DNA from: Amphiscolops sp. MND2022
Lineage: Eukaryota
Direction: 5' to 3'
Assembly: GCA_964187785.1 (NCBI GenBank)
Contig: OZ076409.1
Span: 47,060,001 to 47,124,000, forward strand
DNA: 64,000 bases
In this document: positions 48,997 to 62,900 of the stretch, in pieces
Position numbering within the stretch: the first letter of the stretch is position 1
How the letters are laid out: the number at the start of each line of letters is the position of its first letter
Notes under the pieces: model-generated
What the model was told of the DNA's origin: nothing
Database searches by the model: none
The model's input: only the letters and a program-made list of their open reading frames with translations
Program-made: the position numbers and the translations under genes

Positions 48997-51369
48997 AAGA
49001 TATGGCGAGCGGAATATACGATGTGGAAGTTTCAATACCAATCAGGAACGCAGAAAATTGCTTTAATTGAAACATTTTTTTGCAAGTGCTAAAACTTGCT
49101 GTTTATCACAACACCTCTAAATAATTGCTTTGCTCGAAGAATGCATTTTTTCCTCACTCAGTATATGTAAGAAAATCCAAATTGGGTGCTGGAGAGACTC
49201 GCCACCAAATGGAAACTTAGAAAGAAAAAGGTTGTTTTGGTGGGTAAGGGGTTTTCGGACTCAAGCTACTGATTTGTCTCTCAAGCTATTGCTCTTTCGG
49301 ATCACCACTATCAACTCACACGAATCCAGATTGCAATATTTCAATTGACTATACGGATTAAAGCTATAACATCCAGTCGAATATATTCATAAAGTACTAT
49401 CTACAATTCAGAATGAAAGGACACGACAACCATCAAATCCACAATTCAGCCAGGTACGTCAGGCTTAATTGAATGTTTTTGAAGCTACAACTTCAACGAA
49501 AACGCCGGTCCCGGACTTTTCAGTAAATCCACTCTGAGCTAGCGACAGGGCAATCTTCTAGAAGTGTCTCTTGTCTCCGCGCGACTCAACTCTCTTGTAG
49601 CTCTCTTACTCGGTTTTGTCTACCCGATTATGTTCTAATTACGCCACAATTATGTTTGTTCATCGCGCGTGTTTCGGGTGGTTTCATCTTCACGTTTCAT
49701 CATACTAGGCATTTTCATTACATACAGCGCGTCGGCATATTGAATTTGCATGTATTTAATTTCATGTTCACCATTTGTTTTATGGCAAAGCGAACGCCCT
49801 GGATATTCTTCAACTAAACATTTTTTGCCGCCAACCACAAATATATCAAAAATAGTTGTACAAGTTTCACATTTCAATAATAATTCAAGTCACCCGAGAA
49901 ATTTCTAATATCGGGACAATTAATCAATGACGTTCAAGTACATGGTTTACATGTTCTCTACACGTACGGGGTACTTTTCCGTCCTTTTGGGAGCAATGCA
50001 TTGCGAATCCCCTCGCCTGGCTGAAATGCAAAAATTATCAAGCAATTACGCTGATTTACATGTTTTATTGTGAGTTCTTCCATATGTTCAGGGATTGCAT
50101 ATAAAACGACCTTGAGGTCCTTCCGTGACCTTGAAGTTATTTGTAGTTACCTATTGTCGCTACATGCCAAAATATATTGTCCTAGAGTCAATGGTTCCCG
50201 AGTTACATGACGTGCCTATGGTTTGTTTACTAAGGGCGCTTACACCCGCATGGGTTACAAGTACTGTTCTATTCTCGTTAGTACTCGACTACAAGCAGCA
50301 TTCCGGTATGTTTGAGATATTACCAGCCAATGTCAAATGTCTTTCATCGGTCGGGCCCGCGCGTCTTGTCCCGCGTTCCTTAAACAAACCTTACTCCGCG
50401 CGTGGTGGACCGATTAATGTATCTTTCATGTATTTTACTTAGGGTTGCTCGGCGAATATCTTAAAAAAGTTTCATGATCTTCGGGTCAACTGGTGGTTAT
50501 TTACATAACGTTCAGTGTTTGTTTTCGCAGGATCCGTGCTCCTCTACGCGCGTCGTAGCGTTCCAAAAGTATGCGCGAATCGCCTAATATCCTCTGGGCT
50601 ATCGATTCTATATGTACAATGACTTATTCCGTGCTTAGCCGACGAGTTCATAAGGGGGTACACCAACGTCACTTCCGACTAATAGCCCGGGACTGGGGGC
50701 CTCGACACGGTCCTGTTTTCATAAACCAGTAACATAACAGCTCTGGTATACGTGTGCCAAATTTCAGGTTTCTACTATTAGAAGTCTTTGAGGAAACCCG
50801 TTGGGGGGGGGTTGGTGATTGATGAACCCAGAGAATTGGTGATTGGTTTTTTATAGTGTATCTTAGAATAGTTTCGAACAAAAGTGGGAATTGGTAACAT
50901 TCGCTCTCAGGGATCAACTCTGACTTCGTACAATTTCATTGTTGACGTCACTGACTAACTTTGTAATTCTGCCTAACCAGTTTCGTTTACTAAGAAAACC
51001 TTGGGTTTGTCGAATAAGCCTTACTAAAACACCCTCTAGTCAGCCCTTTCAGCTGTTTTCAGTATTCCGACAATCTAAAAGCGAGATTAACATAGTTCTG
51101 TCTATGGTCTGGGCTTCGCGCGAAAGCAATGAGATTTTTGTAGATGCCAAAAATTAAAATTTCCAAAATATAGGACAATATATTTGATATATTTATTGCT
51201 GCCAATAAATCAAGTAAACAAATTAATCTTTTCCTAAATTCTTATTCGAATGTATTTCTTTACATCTCCCATTGCGGTGTAGATGAAAAGAAGCTTGGCT
51301 TATGTTCCCAAACGCTTCTTCAGGAAATAGCCCCTGGATTTGAGGTACCTGGGAGAGTGATTTACTTAC

Positions 51370-51954
51370 TTTGTATCCGCTGCAAGTAGGAGCGTAATCG
51401 TTGAGGGTAGTAGGAACAGAGGCACCAGCTCCATCAGTGGCTGAATCAATGATATTTCCGCACTAAACAACAAATGTTGCGTCGTAGAAAATACTAAATA
51501 TCGGATTGGATATACGCATGTCAAAGATATTTATTTTGTAGCCTTTTGGCCAACTCAAGTCGTTTTAACTGACGTTCTTTCAAAGTAGAATTTTCAGTTG
51601 TTTTGTTTGAAAAACAATGCTTGATCAAAACCTACTAGATATATTACCATTACTAGATATATTCGTCAAACAGCGTCAACGAAAACTCACTTTAGTTCTT
51701 ATTCGCGCTGTGTTAGCGCTCTAGAATGACAACCTTCTGAGATCAAGCCTTCAACCTTCTGCACTGTAATAATGGGAAAAGACCACTAACGTCAGCTGCT
51801 GATAACTTGGTCACATTGGGGTAATAAAACACCCATCCCTGTGATAAGAAAGCAATTTTCTCGGTATTTTCATCAAGTTCGCTAATCCAGCTGACCAGAG
51901 AATCGTAATAGATGTTGGTTGCACTTCTTCGTGCTCTTGCTTCTGGCGCTTTAG
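51370..51954 (-). CDS. Tentative host-gene exons 51954-51791 and 51462-51370
   Basis: AG/GT-bounded (GTTAGT and GTAAGT donors), phase-0 join ...PNVTKLSAAD|CGNIIDSATDGAGASVPTTLNDYAPTCSGYK; contains RARR. Confidence 0.3.
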
Positions 51955-53089
51955 CTACACAACAGTCAGATACAAAACTAGTCAAGGTTCTCAAAAATGA
52001 TTGCGTTTTAAAAAGTATTTCCAATTATTGAATTCCATTTAATTCACTGTTTGTTTTTGGCTTTCAGTTATTTTCGCCATCATTTTCGCCACCAGAAAAA
52101 CACGACGAATAATGGGAAATTGCTTGGTATTGTTTCTACACCTGAATCTTCCGCATTTTCTATGTCGCATTTTTACAGCCTAAATGCACGTAAATTTAAA
52201 TATGTTGTATTTGAATGCACGTATTTTCACATCAAATATTACAGGAGAACTTCGACCTTCAGTTTTTTTGAAATATAACAAAAATTTCTAGCCGAGAAAA
52301 CAGTTCATAAAAGTTCCATAATGTAATATGAATTGCCCGTTGCTCATTCTTATTTTCTGTTAATATTACTTGTAATTGAAAAAGTCAAACAATTATTTTT
52401 GGCTTCTTCACTTTCAGTTCTATTGATATTTCCAGATTTCATACTAAATCAAATCAACGGCGCAGTGGCACTGTGGTACTTATCGGATCTGGGTAGAAAA
52501 AGCTTAAAACAAAACAAAATAGCATTGTTGAACTACAGTAATATCATAGTGAAAACATAACCTTTGTTGAAATTGCTTGAACTTTTTGAATTTACGAAAA
52601 CATGTAAAACGTTCCAGCAGTCTCGGCTAGGGAATGGAAAAATTAATTTCTAACCTTACATTCCTAACATGCTTTTCACCAGGTAATAATCCGGTTTTCG
52701 CGGACAGCAATAGCACCAGTAGTTGCCTGCATTTTCCCAAATCATGACAAACAAGCCGGGACCGGTCCAAGTCGGCGGTCCAAGTTCACAAGACCCAGTT
52801 TCTTAAATATGCAAAGGCCGAAATATCAGTGCCGGAAAATATCCTGAAGGATACGCATAAAGCAATAAACAGGAAACAACTGTGAACAAAAAAAAACAAT
52901 TTGTTGAAAATTGAATTTTTTGAAAGTTTTGGTCGGGAAAAAGTCTCATAGTGCAAGAAAGGGACCTTTGAGCTCGTGAAACGCGTTTTCCAAGCCAAAA
53001 ACATTTATGAAAGTCAAGGTGATAATACACTTTGTTCAAACAAAGAATTTTTCGAAAAAAGTCTAACAGTGACAAAAATCATTGTAGGT

Positions 53090-53645
53090 CATTTCCTCAA
53101 CTAAGTATTGCTGTCTTCGCAAGATCCTACCAAATTCCTACTACATCTTGGCGACCATGGAACCCATGGCAAGATTCTTTATATGATCTTACTAAGATAA
53201 TAAATTATTCCAAGATCGCATCTTATCACGATGGACAAAATTCTTCGGTACAAGCAGCCAAGACTCAATCTGAAGCCTCATTTCACCCTACAACGACTAT
53301 TTCTACTCGTTCTCATAATCAAAATGCTTCAACCCGCTGGAATAAATTTGCATGCAAAAATGTGCGAAAAATTACGATAACGTATTCTGGCTTCCGAAAT
53401 TCTGTCGAGAATCCTAATAACTCCTCTCCTGTTTTGCATCTGGTTGATTTTTGTTGACATCCTTTCAGATTTTCAATAGGATTTTGCAGTAAAATTTTTC
53501 TTGGGAACATGGCTCTCTTGATAAAATCCTACCATGACATCTTGCAATTCTTGGCAATATCTTGGCAATATCTTGGCAAGATCTTAGCTAAGATTTTCCA
53601 ATTTCTACTCCAATTACTAAGATATCCATGAAGGGTTGACCCGGG
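53090..53645. repeat. MITE-like repeat with CTTGGCAA(G/T)AT sub-repeats
   Basis: Tandem CTTGGCAATAT copies at ~53540-53590; homology with 48885-48996. Confidence 0.5.
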
Positions 53646-56600
53646 CAAACAATTAATGAATCAGGTTACTCTTTGGAATCCGAAAAGTGCTTTACTCTCA
53701 GAAAACCTCGAAATCCCAAAAATTGGAAAAAAAAAGAAAAACGTCCTCCAAAATATTTTTGAATCTTTTGAATGCGGTGAGTCGCATTGTGACGGAAAAA
53801 CTGGACGTGGCCATATATGATAGCAAAACGCTTTGTTTCAGCTAAAAATCACAAGATGGCACATCGATTGAAAAAAATCTATTTTCTGCACCTTCTGGTG
53901 TTCCCCTACTGTTCCTTTTCAACCTTTGACCTAGGACGTTCTCGGCCGGTTTTATATTCTTTCGAATGCAAATTTTATTAATCCCGGTCTCATCTGATAG
54001 AAACGTATTTACACTAAACACTTTTTAGACTCCGAAAAACAATATCAGAACGCATTTATCATTTGAAGTTATTCAGACAACGCAAAATCAGAAGGCTCAT
54101 TCCAATCACGGTTGCTCAGGGAAGCTAATGTGGCAATAAACTACTTTCAAGATCATATCATGTCATTCAAAAGACAAAACTGACCAAACTGTGATTCTAA
54201 ATTTGTTCTTCATATTTGGGAAGATATTGTTAAACATAATTTTTGAAAGGCTGCGCCGGGCCTTTCAAATGTCGGTTGAACTCTTAACTGAAGCTTCATT
54301 GAAAAAAACTTCTATACCAGTGTGTGACAGTAACATAGCATACAGTTGCGGTGTATTGAGAAAAAGCTAATTTTCTGAAAATTATTTTTTTGCAAAGTTT
54401 CAATTTTTTTCAGTTACTTTTTTGCCCGTGTTTCGGAAAACAAACTATATTGACAAAAATAACAATCCACTCCAGATAGTCCAATAGATAGATTGTCGAT
54501 AAGAAAGACACTTTTTTGTTTTCCTCTATGCTTTTTGCATTTATTATTGAATGCGAAAAAAATCGTTGTCCTCACTTGACGACGAAATCACTGTCTAGGT
54601 TATAGAACTATAGCTCAATCGAGTGCTAGCATTTGTTCTACTTTGATTTAAAAAATCGACAGTTCAGCTTCAGTAAAAGTTTTTCAAAACACTTTCTGCC
54701 AAAGTGAGATTTCAGTTTGTACAATATTTGCCTCTCGTTGTCTCCCGATCATTGGTCGTGCACATTTGTCAATAATTTTGGTCCGAAAAACGAGGTTTGG
54801 TTAAAATCACCAATGTTTTGTTGTTTTTGGTAATCAATTTACTTCGAAACACAGTTTTTGACTGAAAATTTGGGTGGACTTGTCTGAGCTGAATAAACTC
54901 TAACTTCATTAAAATCATCCTCGACGATGAGGAGCGTTTGGAAAAAAGTGAAAATACAAAAATATGTCCTTAAACAGCTTTAAATGGAAATTTTCACCGG
55001 GATGCCAAATTGCCAAACTTCAGCGTGCTAAGAATCTCATCGTCAGAGGCTAATTTTCCTGACCATGCTTTTTGGCAATTGTAGTATTTACTTCTAGACT
55101 ATACTGAATTTCCCGTCGCATCATCGCCCTGTGATTTTCAGATAAAACTTGTTTCCCAAAAATGTTTTGAGAGGCTGTGTGTTCAATAGGTGAATTGGGC
55201 GTTTCTAACAACCTGTATTTTATTATGGTTTTATGATGAGGCCTAATTAGTTACAACACTTTCCTATCACTGACTACGAAAATTACCCAGTGCCATTGCG
55301 CCTTTTGTATTTTGAGAGTCAAAAGGTACAGACCGAAAGCTTCGTTCAGTGCAGTGATCGTGTCAGCATGAAAAGACGATTGGTCAGCCTAAAAAACAAA
55401 TGGAATTTACCTTCGGGAGGAAACAAAGTATGAGAGTCAACCTTACTCAGTTTCAACAGCAGAAAAGGACAATTACCTTTTGCTAGCTTAGACTGTTGAA
55501 ATAGGTAGCTGATTGTCATACCAGCTTGATGGAAATATAATCTACTAAAAATCTTTTAATTTAAAATATTATGTCGTATATACTTATCAATAAGCAATAT
55601 GGAGTCATATAATACGATCCACGAGTGTGCGCAACTCTACGTTACTTGGCATAATCACATCTCCCCACCTGAGTTGAAGCTATGTGTTTACCTAATTATT
55701 GAGCCCCCTAGTTTCGGTGCCAGCTCAAATGATCATGCAATATAGTAATTACTACATTACCAGTTATGCTTTGTCACGACAAGGAGGAGAAAGTAGTCTC
55801 AGTCAAACTGGACTGACAGATGTGAAATAGATGAACTTTTGAGCGGAGGCAGTTAACTCGCGCCCCAAAGTGATGCTGTTGTTATATTCCATCACTAGTT
55901 TAACAATTTGTAATGTCATTAAAAAAGAGCAAATTCATTTAGTTCTCATCATTGTTGCAAAATTTTGTAAATTAACACGCAGTTACATCGCAAATCCATC
56001 AGAGGAGTTGCGTTCATAATGAATTGACGTATCCATCAGCGGATATGAGTTTAATTCTTTTAGACTGATCTTTTTAGACTAATCTTGTTATTTATACTAG
56101 TATTAACCTACTTGCATTCATTGCCAATCTTTTCTCACTCCCATACAGGCAAAAGCATCACATTTACATCCTTCGAGTACGCTGACTCGAGAACATAGCC
56201 TGATAGAGGAAGTGAAGAATACCTCATCTAAATTTCTTCTGATAAAAGAGTATCGTGCTGGATTAAAGTGAAATACAAGTAATTCATCGACCACTTAAAA
56301 CCCATAGTTATTTCACTGCTGTTTTACTGTTCAGTTGTGGAATCATACACGCTTGAAATTGGCATTCATTTCATCGTTATTTCAACGGTGCTGTTAGTTT
56401 CGTTGACAACATTCTTGTAATAGCTTTAGGTGTGAAATAGGCCCCAACTCCTTCACATCGTCATGGTAACAAAGGTTGTTGTGCTGGTGATTTCCGAGTG
56501 TATATTGATGGCATTTTGTAAAACCAGTAATTGCACTACCCTTGAAGTGATTCTGGTCATCTAGCGGCAATTTCGACATAAGTGACCACACAGCTGCCTA

Positions 56601-56899
56601 ATTAGCACCAGCCGGCCTTACCAATGGGAGTAGGTAGTTGGTGAGAATTGAGTCTTATCAACGAAGCATGACACCCATTTTTGCTAAAGGGGAAGCCGCC
56701 AAAAGTGACTAGACAGTGAAACACTCATACGACCTACCGGTCAGTTGTTTTGGCAAACCTTAAAATCTAAACTGGCTACTCTACTGCAATCCTCATAAGT
56801 CGAACTCGCCAAAAACATTAACTGTAAATTTAATTCAAAAAATGTATTTTCCACAATATTCTCATCGTATGCACATCTGCAATAGTTTGATAATTTGAT

Positions 56900-59795
56900 C
56901 ATACAAATAAATTGATTTGGTTCAGTTCACTAGAAAACTACTTTACTTATCCTCGAGATTGGACAAAACTCATCTTAAAATCATCCACAATCCAGTCTTT
57001 ACTCCAAGCAGTCTTTTAGCCATCGCATGAGTTCAGTAGAAGGCACCAGATTCTGAAGTGGGAAAATCATCGATCTACTTGTTATATCTCAATCGTCAAG
57101 TCCTCAAATCAAAACTGAAGCAAAAATTGCAGAAACTGAATCAGTAGAAAAATCCAGTGTGACTTCTCAAATAGCTGAAATAAAAGACAGTTATGAAAGA
57201 AAGTTCAATGACATAATTGAATGACATAATGATAGCTTTGATGGAAAAATCGAACAACACCAATGCCACCGCTTCAGGTCAAGCTTCTTCAAAGCAGCCC
57301 TCAGCATGAACTCACAATGGCAAACAAGGAGGAGAGTAGTCCAAAGGAAATCAAAACGTACTTCTTGAGGAAATACCAATATCAAAAGATGAAAACGCCA
57401 CAAACAACTATACAACCCTTCAAGGCAGTCACTTCCACCGCCACAACTAACAAAACGCCAACCTCAACACCACAGCGAGAACGCAAAAAGTGTTGTACAG
57501 AAGAAAATCGAATGCCAAGGAAATCAGCGCGAGGAAGCCAATGAATCACAAACGATGATGCAATTAAGAAGGAAAAACCTGCAGACCCCGACAAGCCGAA
57601 ATACAATCCTAAACTGGTCTGCCGATTATGTTGTTATGCGGGGCACTGTGCCAGAAATTGCCAGCCTCGAGTAGCCAAAGAAAGTAGTTCCACATACCGA
57701 AAAATCACTACGAAACCAACATTCCAACATTCCCGAAAACAACAAGAATGGACGACAAGAACTTAGACGACAACAACGAACACTCAACAAAATCGACGCC
57801 GTACAGGAAGACAATGAACAAAAACAATAGTCTCATAAAGACTTCAAGCAGGGTTCTTAGGAACGCCACGATTTTCCCCCGCTAACAACGAGACGCACAG
57901 GACTCGACTGACTCACAAAACTTTACACACACGTCCGTCAAACACATGGCAGCCATCAGCAATCGATAGCTGACGACGTCCATCGGCGAAGACACTACAA
58001 CGATGAAGAAGCGATATCAAATTCAGTTGCACACACTAGAAGCAGATTCTCTCCACTCGTTAAACTTGACGACAACAAAACGATGAACTGACAAAGCAGC
58101 ACCATGAGGCAGGGAGATAACTGCACCAACATTGAAGCATTAGACATTGATGCAATTTCAGAAAACGTCGTAGACGAAATTGCGAATTTTGCTCAGAAAC
58201 CAGAAACTACGCAAAACTAACCTAATTTTACTAAAACAATCCAATAATACCAAAATACCAAAGGAGGGATATCCGGAGGAAAATCTACAACAAAGTTTTG
58301 GCTTAAAAACACTATCTCAACACTTTGGACCAAATAGTCCTGAAAGACGAGATTACCACGCGAAAATTGTTTGACGAAACTGGACCAACAAAATACCACT
58401 AAGTCCTCCTACCGGAACACTCACTACAAGAATTATTATAAAAGACTGCAAGTTGTGGTTATCAAATCGTGACGACAGCGATAGATGTTTTCCTTAGATA
58501 TCCGTTTGCCTACTCGCTAGTAGAGGCAACTTCTTCAAACACGGCAAAAGTGATAATAGACATATTGACAAAACACTGACTTTTGCCGACAACCATCATC
58601 ACTGACAAAGGGACAACATACACGTCAAAAACCAAGGCGCAACTAACACAAAACTTGGGAATAACACTTAAATGCGCTTTACTAAACATCCAACGACGAT
58701 TCGAAAACTTGAGAGGACACTTTCCTCAAAAAACATAAATTTGAATATGACCTCAGGAGAATAACGACGTCAATGGCACAAATACTTGTCATGAGCATTA
58801 TGATACGACTTATCATTCCAGTATTGGTTGTGAGCCAAGCAAAGTCTTCCACGGACGACTTTCCTATAACGTCTTCAGTCACATACTTCACTCGAATTTA
58901 ACCCGTGGAAATAACTCTAACAAGGAAAACTCACCTACAACGCTTTTTGCAGAAGAATTACAACAAAGAACGCAAATTCTTATCGCCAAATCGCAACCAA
59001 ATATCATGCCTTCATATTTGAAGTGCAATAATAACTATGATCGAAAAACACAGGCAATCCCGCTCAACGAAACAAGATTTTTGCTTCATTCTGCAACCTG
59101 AAGCAGATAATCAAGGATCAAAATGTATGTTCAATGACTACAGATGGATTGGACCGTATATAACTGAAAAGATATTGCCCAATGACAAATACATTGTCCG
59201 ACGTTCAAATACAAATAAAACGCAAATTTCACACCAAATCAGGTTCAAAAAATTGTCCCAAATATTCCCTTAGAGAGCAAATACAATTGAGAGAAACTGC
59301 AGCTATACACGATCTCGTAGGAAGCATCATTTAAATATGAAATATTTGAGCCGGAAAGAGACGTCGGTCCGAACAAGACTCTGCAGTGAGAAAATGAAAG
59401 TACAAGCGCAGCAGCAGACAATGACGTCAAAGAAGAAAATGAACGAAGCAATATGAAATAATTTAAAATAAGTTCAAGAGCGGCAACTAGTCGTGAAGGA
59501 ATAATGTCAACGGATCAATCGCCTAATTCGGCAGAAGATGAAAATGACAAACTACAGCTACCAGCCTGAATAATCAAAACGTTGGCAATTCGCCTTCTAG
59601 CTGGGAAAATATTACAAATGACAACATATATGAAGGTTGCGATACGGGAAGATCGCAGAGATATTTCTGTGCCCGGAATATCAAATGATGAAAAACCAAT
59701 GAAAAAACTGATGAAAAGACTAGCCGTAGAACAGGTGGTTACAACCTTCGGCCTAACCACTTGACCAACTTACCTTTTGAATACAGATACTAGAC
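56900..59795 (+). pseudogene. Heavily decayed Gypsy gag and integrase (RT/RH apparently deleted)
   Basis: Frameshifted knuckle CRLCCYAGHCARNC at ~57620; AIDVFLRY, PTTIITDKG, WIGPYITEKILPNDKYIVRR and YNLRPN all match the intact pol. Confidence 0.8.
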
Positions 59796-59999
59796 AGAAA
59801 TGTGAATTTATAGTCCCCTTTTCTCTATTTGCCAGAAACGGCATGTGTTTTTCTGGGACTACTCTGAATGGTTGACTTTTCGGACTATTTCTGACTACGC
59901 AAACATGAGAATAGAAAAATACAAGCAACCACAAAATCGTGAAATTTACAAATAAACAACTAAAAACACTAAAAACAAAATCAACACTAATGCACAATT

Positions 60000-62900
60000 A
60001 GTCCTTAGAAGTCCCTTCCATTAAATCGTTCACAGGTTGGGAGATTTCAGAAGAAGGTATTCACCGCATAAGGCGTATTTATGGCATTTACAGGACCACG
60101 GATGACTGTCCGACCCACTACAGAAAAACTCAGCAGGATCGAGAAGGCATAAGCCTTTTGAATATAGACGTCAAGGTTTCGAGAAATATGGCCGGCTCGA
60201 ACGTATCCATAAGGACCAGGTGCCCGGAGCAACAATCCAAAAATTAAATTGTTCTCCTAAATCCCGAAACTTATTCATGAATGCCTCAGAAAAACAGAAA
60301 TTACAAGGTTCAGCACAATTCGATGTAAGTAAGGCTAGGCCGGCAACAACAATTCCTGTGAGGCGACATTTGGGATCGGACGTCTCGACTTCATGGGCTT
60401 TGACAACAGGAAGCACAAGTCCGGTTTATGTTAAGCAAAGTAAGCATCTACGAAAGCAATGAAACATTTTCTTGCGAGTGCGAAGGGCAGGCAGAGCAAC
60501 GATGAAGTCGACCATGTCTTTAACTTGGCCTGGTGAGTCCTTGAGATGGGAGAAAGTTTTTCGGAAGTATTCTGTAAATTCCAAATACTCGTCACGGTAG
60601 TCAGCTTCAGAGGTTCCACGGATACAGAAACGTAGTCCGAACGTTTGGGAGAGATCACTGAAGCAAAAGGAGATTTGTGCCAAGAGCAAGGAAGGCATTA
60701 CATGTGGATGGAAACACGTCATCGCATGGACGATGTCACGAAGTGAGGTGGATGACACAAAGCATACTTTCCGAGAGAATGACAACATAGACCCTGGCTT
60801 TGAAGCGCAAGTCACCCTTTCAGAAGAGATCAGATCATCGAGATAACTCTGATTGGTCAACTGGTCACTGGTGGTACGTTGGGCTCTGATCGTACAAACC
60901 GCATCAAAATCAGTCTTTAGTTTCAGTCGATTTAGAACGTCACGATTAGAAAATTGTCGTAAATTGTCAGTGCACATATACCAAAAAGCCAGTCCAGTTT
61001 TTGTCCTCAGAAACAAATATGGGCAGAACAGAACGGCAACAGGCACCAAGTTTCCATATGAAACGGCAGAATTGCCCCGAAGGTGAAGAATGCGGTATCA
61101 CAACACCCAGATAGATTCCGTTCGGAGCACTTTACGTGTAAACAAACCACCTTGAAGATGATGTATTAGGAGAACTAAAGACGCAGAAAGTCTATGCTTA
61201 CAATCACGGACTACGATAGAAACCTATTCTAGTTTGGTGGTAAAAAATTTCGTCCATCAGAGAATCACCTTTTCCAAACTATGCTGCTAAACCTCAGGAA
61301 ATAAGTAAGTACCTGATCATATTAACCCCAATTCAGACCTCAGCCTTCTAAAACAACTAGCTGTGCATCCTAACAACAAAGTAAGAAAGAAGGGTCCAAA
61401 GAACAGCTTGTTCCTTTTAAAACTCCTCGCATTTCTTGAGAGGGAGCAATTCGCGTCATGTGGTCTCGGATGCTGGAGCAAAGCGTCACTTACTCAGAAC
61501 ACAGATTGAGGATAACTCGAAATCACATGCGAGAATAGGCTGAAAAGCAGAAAGGTATGGTGAATAAAGTGGTTGTGGGTGGCTTGAACAACTAGAACTA
61601 CAACGTAAAAACAAATGTGACTATAACGTCAAAAATGAGGTAACACCTGGGAAAACCCAGGACAGTGGAGGCTCCAAAGCTGGTCGCGGCTGCCCTTGAG
61701 GAAGACGACTAGGAATTTTAACTGGGAAATTAAGTCAATACTCCCAATCTCACTCCCAGACTTTTGCTGCATCAGTCGTGGCAATGAGAGAACCTCGAAT
61801 CGAAACGGGTATTGGACTGCGTGTTTGAAAAGTCCACAGTGATCCAAGGTGTGCACCAGCGTAGAGTGGCAACGAGTACACTCATGAGGTTTGGACCAGC
61901 AAAGACAAAAAGCAGCGAGCCAGAGATGGGCCCAATGATACTCGAAGGATACGGCTCAACTAATGAGTGCCAGCACAATTCATCTCTTTGGGTTGCATCC
62001 TCTCGCAAAATCGGATTGCCCTGTACAAATAGCCTTTTCGGCTAGTGAACTCTAAGGAGTACATTCCATTTGTAGTTTCTTGGCCAGCAATGTCCTCAGT
62101 GCAACGCAGGAAGACCTGATGGAATTTTGTCTGAAAGTGAAACATATTAAATCAAGAGCCTGCCTAGGTTGGAAGTTTCGTCTAATCGGACAATAAGGAA
62201 AATACTCACTGTTGGGTGTCGAATCGCCATCAAAGTCTGAGAAAACCCTTGGTGCCTGGTGAAGGCGCCGAATTGGGTCCACAAATTGCGCAGCAAGAAT
62301 ATGTCACCTCCTTGAAGAACAAAAACCCCGATTAAAGAACTTCGTGTTGAGATCCGCATTTCATCCGGACTTAACCCTCCTCCCAAGGTGGCCATGTAAT
62401 CGTCGAAGAAGGGGAACGTATCCCCTATATCAACTAAAGAAGCTTTAATGAAGAGAAGTTGCAATGGTGTAAGGTCTTTTGCTCGGACCTGGTGAGTCAC
62501 TTTTCCTGTCACGGCGTCTGCTTCCCGGGGTACTCATATCTCCACCCCTGATCGATCTCCTCTAAGATGTCCTTCTGTCTTGTAATGGCGGAAGATTTCA
62601 CGAGCTCCTTTCCAGTATATTGATATGTTCGTTTTGCATATCTGGCAATAAAAATCGTACCTGGTATGGACTGGATCAAGGGGCCCGGAAACGAAAGTCC
62701 TTGTACACGGAATACTTTTATAATGAGCGTCCTTCATTACGTTGCCGGTCTTGCAAAACTTTCCTTTGCGTTAACGTCGAGGACTGGCTATAAGAGTGAT
62801 TGGAGGCTGTTTTTTGGTAAGGGACGAAAGCGACTGGTAGTTGGTTCTGCTCTAACTGCTTCCTGATTAGGCACCAAAATCTGATGGGCCATTACTAATT

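Noticed and set aside
49230..51095. Defined solo LTR
   Set aside because: LTR-like composition, but no TG...CA pair with a matching TSD could be identified.
53650..56900. Host exons or RNA genes in the AT-rich interval
   Set aside because: No convincing ORF, phase-consistent exon chain or RNA structure found by eye.
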